DNA from: Octopus vulgaris | Taxonomy: Eukaryota | Direction: 5' to 3' | DNA length: 64,000 bases | Assembly: GCA_951406725.2 (NCBI GenBank) | Contig: OX597817.1 | Location: 90,148,001-90,212,000 of the forward strand | Part shown: positions 1-13,789 of the stretch, in pieces | Layout: each line of letters opens with the position of its first letter | How positions within the stretch are numbered: the stretch's first letter is position 1 | Notes under the pieces: model-generated | Seen by the model: only the letters and a program-made list of their open reading frames with translations | The model's database searches: none | Told to the model about the DNA's origin: nothing | Position numbers and translations under genes: made by a program

Positions 1-29
1 ATTAAAATAAGTATCAGTTGAGCACTGGT

Positions 30-1163
30 GCTGAAAAGTTCATAAGCTGACCAAGATACTCTTAGCAAATGAGCTTTAATTTTCAACATAATCCCCCTTG
101 TGGTCCACAGACTTCTTCCATCAGTGTTGCAATACCTGGATCCCATTGGTGAAGAAGCTTTCATCCTATTGGTCAAAAAATTCATCAATAGCAGAAAGGA
201 TGTCATCATCAAGTGTTTTTGTATGTTGGGGAACAAACGATAGTCAGATGGGGCCAAATCAGGAGAATAGGGAGGGTGATCGACCAGCTCAAAGCCACAG
301 TCATGCACAGCAGTCATTGAAAACAAGGATTTGCATACTGGAGCATTGTCCTGATGAAACAAGGTCCCTTTCATCAGTTTTTCGGGGCATTTGGTCTTGA
401 TAGCCTTTCATAGCTACCACAGTAAGTTGGCATAATCTCTATTGATGGTGCGGCTCTTATGAAGAGAGTCAATAAAAAAAATAACATTTGCATCATCCCT
501 TAATGTAGCAACCATGTCAACATGAATGTCCTTAGGGGTTAAACCCGTTTTCTGCAGGTACTTGATAACATCACAATACCAAATTTTGTTGATTTTCAAG
601 AGAAGTAGCTGCTAGTTACTTTTGAAGACTTCTTTAAACAGTCAATTTACCTAGATTACCTGGAAATAAACAACACTATTATTAATAAGAAGGTCATCAT
701 TTTCCCTGTAGATGAAACAGCCTCTGCTTTGTTTGAAGCAGGTGAGGAGGGGTGTTTCTACTGAAGAAACCTTCATCATGCCAAGTTCATTGTGCAGAAT
801 ATTCTCAACTCTCTCATCAAATATGCTAGCAACATTGGCTATTTGATTTATAGTCAATCGCCTGCAGTTGAAGGACATCCAGATGTTGGGTCATCTTCAA
901 GACTCTCCCTTCCTCTACTAAATTCAGCTATCCACTTTTGCATTGTTGATAAAGCTGGAGCATCATCCCTTAATGTAGCAACCATGTCAACATGAATGTC
1001 CTTGAGGGTTAAACCCTTTTTCTGCAGGTACTTGATAACACCACAATACCAAATTTTGTTGATTTTCAAAATAAGAAGAGTTGAAAAGAATGCCTGAAAG
1101 AATTTACAATTCTAACATCAACTCCTTCATAGTCAGCTTATGAACTTTTCAGCTAACCCTCAT
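30..1163 (-). mobile_element. Decayed, internally rearranged mariner element
   Basis: 22-bp inverted repeat gctgaaaagttcataagctgac (30-51) / gtcagcttatgaacttttcagc (1132-1153). Mariner HTH fragment VIKYLQKKGLT.KDIH.DMVATL.DDAPALST.QKW.AEF.RGRESLEDD. Positions 490-599 duplicate 960-1069. Confidence 0.85.
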
Positions 1164-1331
1164 AATTCTGCTGGCTTAAGTTACTTTATCCAAGGCCATT
1201 TTAGCAGCATTATAGGACTCCAGGCAAATCACTGCACCATACTCTATAATATTTATTTATTGATAGCAAGCCAGAGCACAGATAGATCAGAACTGGATCC
1301 TGAGGCTCCTGAGCCCAGTGTTGTATGCCTT

Positions 1332-1690
1332 TAGTGGAATGACCTCTATTGTTATATACTGTGTCAAGTCTAATTCACTCTAGTGGAGTCCATGTATGTT
1401 CATATAGTGTGTTGAGGCTTATTTAGTTTGATGAAGTCCACATGTAGTGTGTTGAAAGCTATTTAGCTTGGTGGAGTGGGGCCAAACAATATTCTTGTAA
1501 TGAATTTAGAGTACTTCAACTAGATTGAGTTCAACCCTCTTTATGTGGTGAGTTTTGTCCAATTGAAATTGGTTGAGACCAGTAAACTAGGTTGAATCAA
1601 TCCATCTTAATGAAGTGTGTTGAATCCAATTCAGTTAGTTGGAGACCAAACCATCTTTATGGAGTGTATTCAGTCCAATTCTACTAGCAT
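1332..1690. repeat. Degenerate minisatellite, unit about 45-50 bp
   Basis: Recurring ccatcttwatgrrgtgtrttsartccaattc-like units, e.g. at 1601 and 1651. Confidence 0.5.
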
Positions 1691-2711
1691 TACTTACTTG
1701 TTGCTTTACAGAAACACCACGTATGTTATAAGCCCATAAAGGAGCTTCTATATCATTGCTCAACCCTCCAGAAAAAACAACTAAATCTCTTTCAAATTAC
1801 ACCCTGTCTATTTTAAAAAGAAATGAAAGGGAAGTTTAGACAATATAATCCTAGACATTCCTCAAACTATATAGCAGTTATACTAGAATGCCCTATCTCT
1901 TGGGAGAAGTCATTCAGGGCTTAACAACTTATTTCTTCATGTTCTAAAGCAGGCTGTTTGTGTAAATATAGGAAATGTCTGTGAAAGTGAATAACATGTG
2001 AGTAACCACTCTGTTTTGATGAACAAAATTAAAACAGTCTCCACATTTAATTTCTCAATGAAATTTAATTAAATCAAAGAAGAATTTACATTTTAATAAT
2101 TCAGTTTACCGAAAATATCTCAAAATGAAATTTATATTTGTATTTTTCTATAATATATTATTTATCACAAAATCTGAAAACAATATTTTCTTGAAAATGA
2201 AATTTATCAGAGATTTTTTATAAGCTCTAATACAGAAAAATACGTATACATACACAGAAGCAAAAACACATATACTTACACACACATATATATACACAAA
2301 TGCATATATTCATACTTGATAATATACTTTGATATACACAAACACACAGATACAATACCAACATACATCTGTACATTTACACATACACATACAACTAGCA
2401 GAAACACACATCAAGCACACAAATATATATATATATAAAACATATATCATACATACACACAGATATAAGCACACATACACATATACATATTCACAAACAT
2501 TCAAATACAAATACTCACACATGCAAATACACAAACATACAAAAATATGGACTCATACTCACTCAAACATATATACATGCACACAAACATACAAATGCAC
2601 GCAAACACATAAATATATACATAGATATAAATACACAAATGTAAATGCACACATATATACATATCCAGAGATTAACCAACAGAAGTAAGAAGTGAAGTTG
2701 TACAATCTTAC

Positions 2712-2788
2712 CTTACCATATATGGAAACATTGACAGAACCTTTCAGTATAATGTACCATGATTTACCTTCATCCCCCTGCCGGAATA
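2712..2788 (-). CDS. RAPGEF4: Epac/RAPGEF4-like coding exon (beta strands of the cAMP-binding domain)
   Basis: ttttgcag|TA...AAG|gtaaga, 77 nt (2+75). Encodes (L)[25 protein letters not shown]; compare Epac2 [26 protein letters not shown]. The gene continues beyond the window start. Confidence 0.97.
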
Positions 2789-3224
2789 CTGCAAAAGAAG
2801 ACAAAGATGACACTGGTGATTCTTGTGGTTGTTTAACCCAAGGTCAGCCCTGATCCAGCATTTTAGGAATTACAATGATATATAATGAAAAGTGTTTCAA
2901 GATGAGAACATTCTGATTACATTCAGATTTTATACAGTATTTAAGACTTCTTTTTTTAATGAACCCTTCAATGTTGCTATGTTTAGCCCCAGGTTAGCCC
3001 TGATCTAACAGACCTATGTTCAAAGGTTTTCCAATCATGACCAGCCTATTTTTTTATCTGGAAGCAGTGTATCTTAAACTACATTAACCTATATGTTATT
3101 CCTTTAGTTGTTTGTTTGTTAGCTACAGATCAAATGCAGTCATGTAAACCCATGATTAAGAGTTCTTGAAACAAACAGCAAAACTAATGATAATAATGAT
3201 GATGATGATGATGATGATAATGAT

Positions 3225-3440
3225 GGAGTCTCCCATTGAAGACAACATATGAGTGTACAATGTTTGATGAACAACCTGCACAGCTGATTTGTTTATAATG
3301 ATCAAATGTATGTGCTGCACATTAGCTCACTGCCTCCATCAAATTGACATTGCCTGTATAGGTGCACAAGTGTGTCAGATATCGAAATGATCGCAGAGGA
3401 ACATGAAATGGAGTGTTTTGCTCAAGAACACAACATTCTG
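3225..3440 (-). mobile_element. SINE-like dispersed repeat (further copies at about 31645-31850 and 46255-46500)
   Basis: Three diverged copies share aacaacctgcac...gatcaaatgt...ccatcaaat...gtgttttgctcaagaacacaa and are flanked by microsatellites. Confidence 0.6.
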
Positions 3441-3442
3441 CT

Positions 3443-4920
3443 CTTGTTTATCATAGTCCTCCAGGCAATAACAGAGGAATTTAAGTAGGCTGCCCCTGAT
3501 GACCTTGTTCTTATAGCTGAATCCTTACCAGAACTGGAGAAGAAATTTCAGGTGTGGAAGCAAGTTCTAGAATTGAAGGGCTTTGTAGTTAACCTAGCAA
3601 AAACCTTATAGTTAACCTAGCAAAACCCAAAGTCTTAGTAAGTAGGAAGGCAGACAAATCATAAATCCCTTCAGGTTGATGGCCCTGCTCGATCTGTAGA
3701 AAAGGCGTAGATAGAAACTTCATAGGATGTACCCAATGCATGCTATGGACACATAAGAAGTGCAGTAATATCAGAGGAAGATTAACTGAGAAAATAGTTT
3801 TTGTGTGTGGAAGGTACACAGGTACAATAAACACTATAAATTATTTACATCATTTACATTTGACGGATACTTGTCCTCATCTTGGCTGATATACCCTCCA
3901 GCCTTCATCAGGCATCTTGGGGAAATTTCGAACTTGGGTTCTCATTCCTAAGGTATTTTTCGATGAAATTTTCCCAAGACACATGATGAAGGCTGGAGGG
4001 TATATCAGCTGAAACGTGTTAACAACAAACAAGATGAGAACAAATATCCATCAAATGTAAATAATGTAAATAATGTATATAATTCCTCATCTCTTAAATA
4101 TAGAACTGAAACACTAGAAATTTACAGAAAATAGACTCTATCGACTGCCAATGGAGTAAGCTAGAGGTAGTTGATAGCTTCCGTTATTTATGTGACCAAG
4201 TCAGTAGCAGAGGTTGATGCTCTGAGAGCATAGCTGTGAGAATAAGAATAGGCAGGGCAAAGTTCACAGAGCTCCTACCTCTGTTGGCAACAAAGGGCCT
4301 CTCTCTCAGAGTCAAAGGCAGAGTGTAAGATGCCTGTACATGAACAGCTATGCTACACAGCAGTGAAACATGGGCTGTGACCACTGAAGACATGCGTAGG
4401 CTTCACTGGATATGTAATGTCAGTGTGCATGTATGGCAAAGTGTAAACATCTTGAAAGAAAAGTTGGATATAAGGGGCATCAGGTGTGGTGTGCAAGAGA
4501 GACAACTGCACTGGTATGGTCATGTGATATATATGGATGAAGACAGCCGTGTAAAGAAGTGCCGATCCCTAACTGTGGAAGGAACCTGTGGTAAAGGTAG
4601 ACCCAGGAAGACATGGGATGAGTTCATGAAGCATAATCTTCAAATGTTGGGCCTCACAGAGGCAATAACTATTGAACGAGACCTTTGGCGGAATGCCATG
4701 CTTGAGAAGACCCATCATACTGAATGAAATTATAGTTGTGGCTGATGCTGGTGTCATGTAACAAGCACTTGTTCTGGTGGCACATAAAAAGCACCATTTG
4801 AGCGTTGGGTCTCATGGAAGTGATGAGAAATGGCTGAGACCCTTGGTGATATGCTGTGCTTGAGAAGACCTGTCAAGCCAAGATAAATTGTAGTTGTGGC
4901 CGATACCAATGTCATGCAGG
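3443..4920 (+). mobile_element. 5'-truncated decayed RTE-type LINE, interrupted at 3837-4108
   Basis: Collinear with the 52800-57140 element (DDL motif, LHSSETWAV, LHWYGHV, GRPRKTW), with stops and indels. Confidence 0.88.
3837..4108 (+). mobile_element. Palindromic insertion with degenerate hammerhead motif (Penelope-like pLTR fragment)
   Basis: Arms 3840-3929 and 3965-4074, unique tail 4075-4108, 8-bp target duplication aaacacta (3829-3836 / 4109-4116). Hammerhead-like gacac-aTGATGA-a-ggctg..cagct-GAAA-c-gtgtt at 3978-4020. Confidence 0.75.
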
Positions 4921-4924
4921 TCTA

Positions 4925-5800
4925 AACATAGAGAGTGCCATCCACTCTTGTCATTTTCACCATTTCCCCACTCCTTTCATTAAATTCAATTGAGGACAGC
5001 ACCGCCTCCAACACACTCACCCCGCCATTCCAAGTGTAACTTGAAAAAGCTAATGAGGGCTCTATCAAAGAGGAAAGTCTCATCCACTGCAAATCTGCTT
5101 TTGCTATAGCTACCAGACAATGGAAAACTGCCTTTCCTGTCTGGTTAAAGGAGAGCAATGGATTAACCATCACTAGCAAGAGCTCTATTCATTTCACATG
5201 TGACATCAGCTGTTCAACATAATTCCACAAGTCAGCACTACCCAGACACTGAACAAGTGGTGCATCTCAGACAAGCCAGTGTGACAGCATTTCTATGTCT
5301 GTAGGGTTTATTTCAAACTGGTAGCACCCATCACCAGAACTGTCAGGCCAAGGACTTCTGGAAATTATTCATTGTAAAAAATCCTTCTGAACAGACAATC
5401 CAATTAAATGTCTCTCTGAGAATGTTGTCATTCTTGCTTAGGACTAATCCTCTATAGATTACTTGAGTTGAACAACCACTGATTCCATTGCCCAATTAGT
5501 TGAGGACACTGTGAGCAGTTAACCAGTCTCTCAGTCCAATATCTTACAATGCCACCCAACTATATAGAGTTGCCTCTCCATGTGCCCAGCTACAAGCCCA
5601 CTGACTTGTCCATGCTGATCTTGGCTGCTGCCACTGCCTTGTATTCCTTTAGAATACTTCCAATTGTCTCCATATTGGTGGCATCTAACGCTGTGATGGT
5701 GACATCATCCATGTTTGCTGACATAGTACTCTTGGGTCCTAATTCAAAAGGGATGCTCCTCAACTGCAGTTTCTGTAGTGGTGCCTCAAGAGCCAGTATG
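4925..5800 (-). mobile_element. Decayed Tx1/L1-clade LINE RT fragment
   Basis: SANMDDVTI...LKEYKAVAAAKISMDKSVGL*LGTW resembles the Tx1/L1 pattern AYADDVT...Y..ASGAKIN.DKS.GL.LG.W. Confidence 0.65.
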
Positions 5801-6322
5801 TAACAGAAATGAAAGCAGGTAAACATTTGATGGAGAGGATTAGTAAATTGATTTGACCTGACTTCTGGAATGGTACTATATTTTATCAACCCAGAAAGGA
5901 TGAAAGCAAAGTTAACCTTGGTGCAATTTGAACTCAAGGGTACTGAGAGCCAGAATGAATACTGCAAAGCATTATTTTTTATACTCTATTGGCTCTCAAC
6001 TAACTACTTTTAACAACAACAGCAGCAACAGTAATGCCAATGCTGTCGCCACCAACACTGCCACCGCCAACGCTGCCACCGCCGACAATATGAAGAAGAA
6101 GAAAAGAATGAGGTGGAAGAATGAGAAGCAAAAATAAAGAATTATGAAAATTTATTTCCTGGCTTTCTTCAAGACTCTTGGCTCTCTTCCTCATATTCAC
6201 TGAATTGTTTCACAATCAGACAATGACATTTTACTATGTAACTACCCATGCATGCATGAATGTGCATGTGTGTGTGTGTGTGTTCACACACTCAAGCGCA
6301 CATACATACACTCACACACGCA

Positions 6323-6375
<53 letters not shown>

Positions 6376-7811
6376 GAACTTTTTAATGCCCATAACATCA
6401 AGGCTAGCAGCTCATGCTTAGATAATATCTCTTCCATCATTTCAAGCTACAACAGAAATAGACATGTACATGCAGTCACCATCTTACATCTGAACTTAAA
6501 AGTGCTGACATCCCACCTACTGCCTTTCAAATGCTGTTGTTTATAGAGCCACTATCACACCATTCAGAGGCATAACATCCATTGAGTTGAAGGGAAAATT
6601 TATGCAACATAAGCATTTTTTTAGTTATAGGAAAAGGGAAACCTCCATATTTCACCTGGAGATTCTAGGTAATTACTCCCCCATCATCATATGGAACATC
6701 ACTCACAGATCCCCTTTTATTCACCTGGAGTCTATAAATGCTAACACTACTTCTCTGAGAAACTGAATATACTGCAACAGGGAGCAGTTTCTGTCAACAG
6801 AAAACTGATGTAGGCTGTTGCCAAAGACACTCCTAATTGGACTTCAAACTGCTGGCTGCTTATAACTTGGAAAGATCACTCTAGACCTAGTTGGGCCATG
6901 CTCAGTTGCAGAATATACAATCTGTTTCGCACTTAGTGGAATTATTTCCCTTCTACATATAGGCACAGGCATGGCAGTGTGGTAAGAAGTTTGCTTCCCA
7001 ACAATATGGTTTTGGGTTCAGTTTTGCTGTGTGACATCTTCAGCTTGTGTCTTCTACTGAAGCCTCAAACTGACCAAAAGCCTTGTGAGTGAATTTTGTA
7101 TCAATATGTCTGGCCATGAGGAAATATTACCTTGCTTGGAAACAGCTGAAGGTCTGTGAGAGTTGAAGGTTTGCTTGGAAATAGCTGAAAGGCATCTGGC
7201 TGTAGAAAATAAACTCCATCTGAACCATGCAAGCATGGAAATGTGGATGTTAAAATGGTGAAGATGATGATGATACTATTAACAAAACCTGCCATCACCT
7301 ATAATTAGACTGCACAACTGTGCTTGGCATACAAATTTATATTTCACCTGATATCTTCAAACTAGTTACTTGGCAAATGTGGCATGGAAGTAATTGATGT
7401 CACAGAACATAAGATCACCAGCTATCTGACACCAATAGACTGTCTTCTCTATCACATGGAGTATATGCAGAGTTAGCTGGCATTGCTGCTTTACCAAGGT
7501 GGTCACATGACTTGAACCAACCAGTGGAGGCCCAAATATTATCACCTAGAAGCTACATAAAATTCACCTTACTCACCACATACTTAGAGATGTAAACGCA
7601 CAACTGTGTCTACAAACCTAAGTTATGTGGAGCTGAATCAACTTTTTGTTAAATTATTTACAACTACAATTAAATGCCTTGAGTGCTACTTCTTTTTGTT
7701 TATTCACCTACACACATATGCATATGACTGATAGCGAATTTAGTGTATTGTACTGCATCAATATACAGATAATGAAGACGGTGAAGATGTTGCTGATCAT
7801 CATGATAGCAT

Positions 7812-7866
<55 letters not shown>
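7812..7866. repeat. (GAT)n microsatellite
   Basis: Direct reading. Confidence 0.97.
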
Positions 7867-7867
<1 letters not shown>

Positions 7868-8113
7868 GTGATGTTGATGGTGGTGGGGATGATGATGATG
7901 TGGTGGTGGTAGTGGTGATGATGATAATAGTGAAATCTTTGTAAGTAGAAAAAGATAAAATAGTTTTTATATTTCATTTCTTATCTATTTGTTTTGTTAT
8001 TGCTGCGTTTAGTTTACTAAATATTTGAGGATATTAGATGTAAACCAGATTAGTTGGAGAATTGAAAGATGAGTCTAGGAAACCATCTCTCTCTCTCTCA
8101 CACACAGGAAACA

Positions 8114-8150
<37 letters not shown>

Positions 8151-8981
8151 AAAGATAAAACTGAATAATGTTGAGTAACAAAAGAAACTATTTAAATAAG
8201 AATGCATATTATTATTGCTGCTGTCGTTATTGTTATTATTACTAGCAGAATCAGTAGTGTATCAAAATACCTTGTGATATTTAGTTACAACTTTTCATAT
8301 CCTGAGTTCAAATCCAGCTGAGGTCAGACTCCCTTTCATCCTTACAAGATTGATAAAATGAACTTAGTCTAGTACTTGGGTTGATTTCATTGAATAACTC
8401 TTGCCCCAAATTTTAGCTCCTATCCTCCTCCTTTTCCTCCTCCTCCTCCTCCTCCTCCTCCTTTTCCTCCTCCTCCTCTTCTTCCTCCTCCTCCTCCTCC
8501 TCATGATGATGATGACGACGATGATGATGAACAGCAATAGAAACAGCAGACATTGTCCTTTAGATAACTGATAAGGAACTGCCAGAAGATTTAGGAAAAG
8601 ATGAAATGCAGATTTTCAAAAATATTAGCTTTAATTGTGTGGACCACACAAAAAATAGACAACTTATGGAAAGTAGTTTACAGACATATGTTCTGTTATA
8701 GTTAATTACCAAAAGGTCATCACATACTGGAGGTGGGGGTGTTAAGGTGGGGGGAGGGGGAGTGTTGAGGTAGGGAACAAGTGCTTCCTTATCAACCCCA
8801 ACATGTGATTTACTTGTAATTTCAGAAGCGAGTTTAGGGAAATGAAAAGTGGTCTAGGTTATTGGGTATCTTGATCAAATCCAGGTGGCAACTCTTTAGC
8901 TGTGTGTGGGTAGGTTATCCTTAGTTGTTTTGTGTTTGTTTTTTTTTTATTTTTCATTTAATAGACCCACATGCAATGAAA

Positions 8982-9420
8982 GTGGCAAGTTTGCAGAATT
9001 GTTACTGTGCTGGACAAAATGCTTAGTGGCTTTTCTTCTGTCTTAATGTTCTGAGTTCAAATTCTGCTTAAGTCAATTTTGCCTTTTCTCCTCTTGGGGC
9101 CAATAAAGTAAGTACCAGTTGAACACTAGAGTCAATATAATTGACTATCCCAGCTCACACAAAATTTCAGGCCTTCTGCCAATAGTAGAAAGGATTATTA
9201 AGGCAGTGAACTGATGGAATTGTTAACATGCCAGACAAAATGTCTAGAGGTATTTCATCCATCTTTATACTCTTAGTTCAAATTCTGCTGTGGCTGATTT
9301 TGCCATACATTTATTCATTCAGGGTTACTGAAATAAGTACCAGCTGTGCATTTGGGTTGATGTAATCAACTAGCCCCATCCTACAAAATTTCAGATCATC
9401 TGCCTATAGCAGAATCATTA
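8982..9420 (+). mobile_element. Two tandem copies of a tRNA-derived SINE (family A)
   Basis: ggcagaattgtta...aaatgcttag...ttctgagttcaaattc (B box)...tttgcctttcatcc...aataagtaccag. Further copies at about 8240-8420, 9606-9821(-), 17213-17395(-), 29698-29894(-), 34740-34860, 43125-43255 and 48270-48410(-). Confidence 0.8.
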
Positions 9421-9542
9421 TTATTATCATTTGGACTGACAGAACACTTGTTGGTTTTGCATTTGTTCTTCAGATGTACCTGCCTAGCAAGTAAATCTCC
9501 AAAAATCAGAATTTAATTGGGACTGAACTACTACCACTACCA

Positions 9543-9584
<42 letters not shown>

Positions 9585-10521
9585 GAAAGAACACATTAAA
9601 TAATATAATCCTGTCTACTAAAAGCACAAGGCCTGAAATTTTTGGGGAGGGGACTAGTTGGTTACATCGATCCCAGTGTTTCACTGGTACTTAATTTATC
9701 GACCCCAAAAGGATAAAAGGCAAAGTCAATCTTGGTAGGATTTGAACTAAGGATGTAGTGATGGGTGAAATACCGCTAAGCATTTTGTCTGGGGACTAAT
9801 AATTCTGCCAGGTTGCTGCCTTATGTCAAATAATATAATCTGAAATAAATATGAAATGGGATGGCCACAACTGGAACACCTTTGACCACATGTCTACTTG
9901 ATCTCAGAATTGACCTGGGTTTAAACAACAACAGCAACAACAATGAATGCCAAAATATACTGAACCAATCGATAAATGTGGTCGTTGCAGTTACTGTTGT
10001 ATCTATAGAATACATCAAGGAATTATTACCCAGACATTTTGAAGTTTCCAAAGTTGCTAAGGAATTTCAATTAACCAAGCCATTTATCAGAGAAAGAAGA
10101 AGAAAAAATAAGAAAAGAAAAGAATATGATATATATATAAAAAATCACATTTTAGGCAGACAAAAAAAAGATGGATATGAAAGATATTAATGTTCCAATT
10201 CTTGTGGTTTCTAATTGGAGAAGTTCTCTATTTATTATTTTAATTTTTTTTTATCTTAGTCCGTCAAAAAAAAAAAAGAAAGAAAAAAGAAAAGAAAATA
10301 AAGTACACCAGAATTCATTTTATTTTCTCTTCTGCTTATTTTATTCTCTATCTTACCATTTCTCTAATGATGTTTGCTGCTAAAATAAAACATGCCAAAC
10401 TTTGATATAAATAAATAATACATATGCATGAGTGGGTATGTAAGCATGTAGGTATGTATTTATGTAAGCCATACATGTGCACGTATATGCATGTATGTAT
10501 GTATGTATATATGTATGTATG

Positions 10522-10553
<32 letters not shown>

Positions 10554-11073
10554 CATGTATGTATGTATGTATGTATGTTTGATGTATGTATATATGTATG
10601 TGTGTGTGTGTGATGTATGTACATATCTATGTGTGTGTGTGCATGCATAAATGCATATACAGGCATTCTGTGCTTTATGGAAGTAATGCATTTCTGAAAA
10701 GCTGGTCGTAGTGCAAAATTCTGTAATGTGAAATTAATTTTCCTATTGATTTATATTTTTTGGCAACTGAGATTGCATTCCTACGGACATTTTCAGGAAA
10801 AAAAGGATAAGAAAACAACAGAGAACAAGCAACACATTCCCCTTTATGCTTGAAAATAATTATTTCTAACCATACATAATACAATATAAATACAGGAAAA
10901 CAAAAACATTCCAAAAGGAATAAGTTAGGGAATTGATAAGAATCCTAATATCATAAGAGTACTTTCTTAACACAAAAGAATTTGACTATTGCTTGAGAAG
11001 TGGTGGTGGAATGAGCATGGTGGATGAGAGACAATATTTTACTATCTTATAGTTCATTATCCTGAACATCAGC

Positions 11074-12728
11074 TTAAATGGTGAAGAACTTATCCAAAGT
11101 CATTTGTTGTTTCTGATGTATCATCTCTTAGTTCAGTTCAGTATAGGAACTGAGCTTGTTGTAAAAGCCTCTTGTAATTTTTGCTACATTTACGATTAGG
11201 ATCATTGTCAGTAAAAACTTGCAGACCTTTCTCTATAAGTGCTAATTCTTTGGCAATAATTTTTGTAATCAGTTTAAGTGGCTTGGGTGGAACTTCCATT
11301 GTCTTAACTGTATTCTCAGCTTTCTCTTTTTCTAACAGCATCAGCTTATCATTTGATAAACTTTCTCTCAGGGACACTAGCAAGTCACTCACACCATTCT
11401 CTATGATTCTTCAAGTCCTACATACTTTGTAAGTGTCACAATATCTTTCTGAAATCAATGTGTACTTTTTGCACGAAGAAAACTTGTAATATATGGATAC
11501 AGTCTGGCCATATACTCTTCTGAGCAATATTCAATATTGAAGGTCTCACCTCATCCCATGACTCAGCTATATTATTCACTACATTCATTATCTTGAATTT
11601 CTTCTAGAAATCTCTAACTGTAGGTTTATCCTCCCTATCAATTGCTTTCATAAGTTGTTTGAAAGTTCTTCTCATATGATATGTCTTAAAGTTAGCTATC
11701 ACACCTTGATCTATTGACTGGAGCAAAGTTGTATTCTAGGGGATATAATCTATTCTCACTATATCAGAATGGTCATCTAAGTTCACTAAGTGACTTGGTG
11801 CATTGTCTAAAGGAATCAATGCTTCGTTAGAAATTTTATGTCTGGCACTGTACCTTTCTAACCATAGGACAAAAAAGGTTTGTAAACCACTCTATGAAAA
11901 GGCTATGCCTTCTTATCTGAATGCCAAACCAGAGTTAGATTAAACTTTGTGTAAGCCTTGAAAGCCCTTAGATTTTTCAGTGTGATACATGTGTAGGGGC
12001 TTTAATTTTATATTACCAACAGCACTTCCAACCAAAAGAAGTGTCAGTCAATTTTTGGAAGCTTTAAATCCTGGTATTGGTTTTTGTTCTTGAGATATAA
12101 AAATTCTTACAGGCATGTGCTTCCAGAAAAGTGCAGTTTCATTAATATTGTATACTTGCTCTAGTGTGTAGCCCCCTTCAGCAATCATTTCCTTCAACTG
12201 CTCAGGATAATTGGTTGCAGCCTTTGTATCAGTGCTCGCAGTTTCACCAGTCATTTTTTATGTTGTGCAAATTCATGTGTTCCTTAAACCTTTCAAACTA
12301 GCCTTTGCTAGCAAAAAAGGGATTTTCATTTCAAGTTTTACCTTCCTTTATTGGCAAATCATCATATAAAACTTGTGGCTCTTTTTTGAATTATCATCGT
12401 ATTTATGAGCACACATGCCAATTCTGGTCTTTGGTCCATATTCTCAAGAGTTGTTTCATTTTAAACATTACATAAGATCTATGGAAAAATAAGGTCTGGA
12501 CAGTTAATGGATTAGCTTCTTGAGCACTTGACATAATTTTTTTTCTGTTTTCATGTAGTGAGTATTCCTTCTGTAGATGTTTCAAGGTTTAATGTTTTGA
12601 CAAACTTAGTTTTATGTCCACATCAAGCCATTTTTAAACATCAAATTTTAATATCCAGTGTATTCCTTTAATGGTTCCTTTTTAGCACTACTGCCTTCAG
12701 ATCTACTTGGTAGCTCTTTCCCAGGCAT
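11074..12728 (-). mobile_element. Tigger/pogo-family transposase pseudogene
   Basis: TGETASTDTKAATNYPEQLKEMIAEGGYTLEQVYNINETALFWK.MP.R.FISQE.K..PGFKASK (TIGD1-like DDE region). ATG near 12728, C-terminal KQMTLDKFFTI* near 11074, many stops. Confidence 0.88.
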
Positions 12729-12981
12729 CTTAAATTAAAGGTAAATCCAACAGTAGTGGTGATTAATTATTCACAAAAAATATGAAGTAAAAAAAGAAAT
12801 TAATCCAGAGAAGGTTTGCTTTGCGAGAGCATAAAATTGTCTTTTTCCTATGGATGCAAAATGAAAATGAGGTAAAAAATATGAAGGACTGAGGAAGAGA
12901 AAGTACTATATGATCACTGTTAGCTGAAGGGTCACTAAATTTTATAGGCAATTTGCTTCTTGCACTTCTGACTTAAGACAT

Positions 12982-12983
<2 letters not shown>

Positions 12984-13056
<73 letters not shown>
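12984..13056. repeat. (CA)n microsatellite
   Basis: Direct reading. Confidence 0.97.
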
Positions 13057-13060
<4 letters not shown>

Positions 13061-13789
13061 CACTCATGCACTCATGCACACACTGTCACACACACTTACG
13101 TGTTGGTATACATGCTGCTATCTGTTGTAGTCAGTTGGATTCAAAAGTTGGTGGGTTGATAGTGGTTGATGTAGGTTGCATTAGTTTAAATGTTTGTGGT
13201 GGTGGACAGGTATTGTTGGTGGTGTAGTGGTTGTATTGTTTTTGCTAACTGTATTTTTGTGGCTGTTTAGTCTGAAGTCAATCTTCATAGACTTAAGATC
13301 AAAAGACATTTCCTTGACTTTAAATATAGACCAGGATACCACATCATATGTTTTTATTTTAAATGGATTTGCTTATTTTGCTTATCTACTTCATGCCATA
13401 TATTACTGTTGCTACAAGTGGTCACATTCCGGTTGATGATAGATAGATGGATACATAGATAGATACATACATATACTCACATTATGTACATTATATATAC
13501 ATGTGTTTATGTGTGTGCATGTATGTGAGTAACGTGATGATAGGTTTTCAAATTGTTAATTATACACTTTGATCTTAACTAAAACACAAGTCACCAATGA
13601 GCTAAGAAGTTTAGTTAACAATTTCAAGCTGCACAATACGTGTTTCTGTAAGAGTGAAATTATAGACTTTATCCCAAAATGAATGGTCATACAATACAAT
13701 TTCAGTAAGCAAGAAATACCATAATCTGAGATAGCTACTTTGTGAGTGCAAAGCCAGATTTCACAGGAGGGCTGCAATCAATAAACCAC

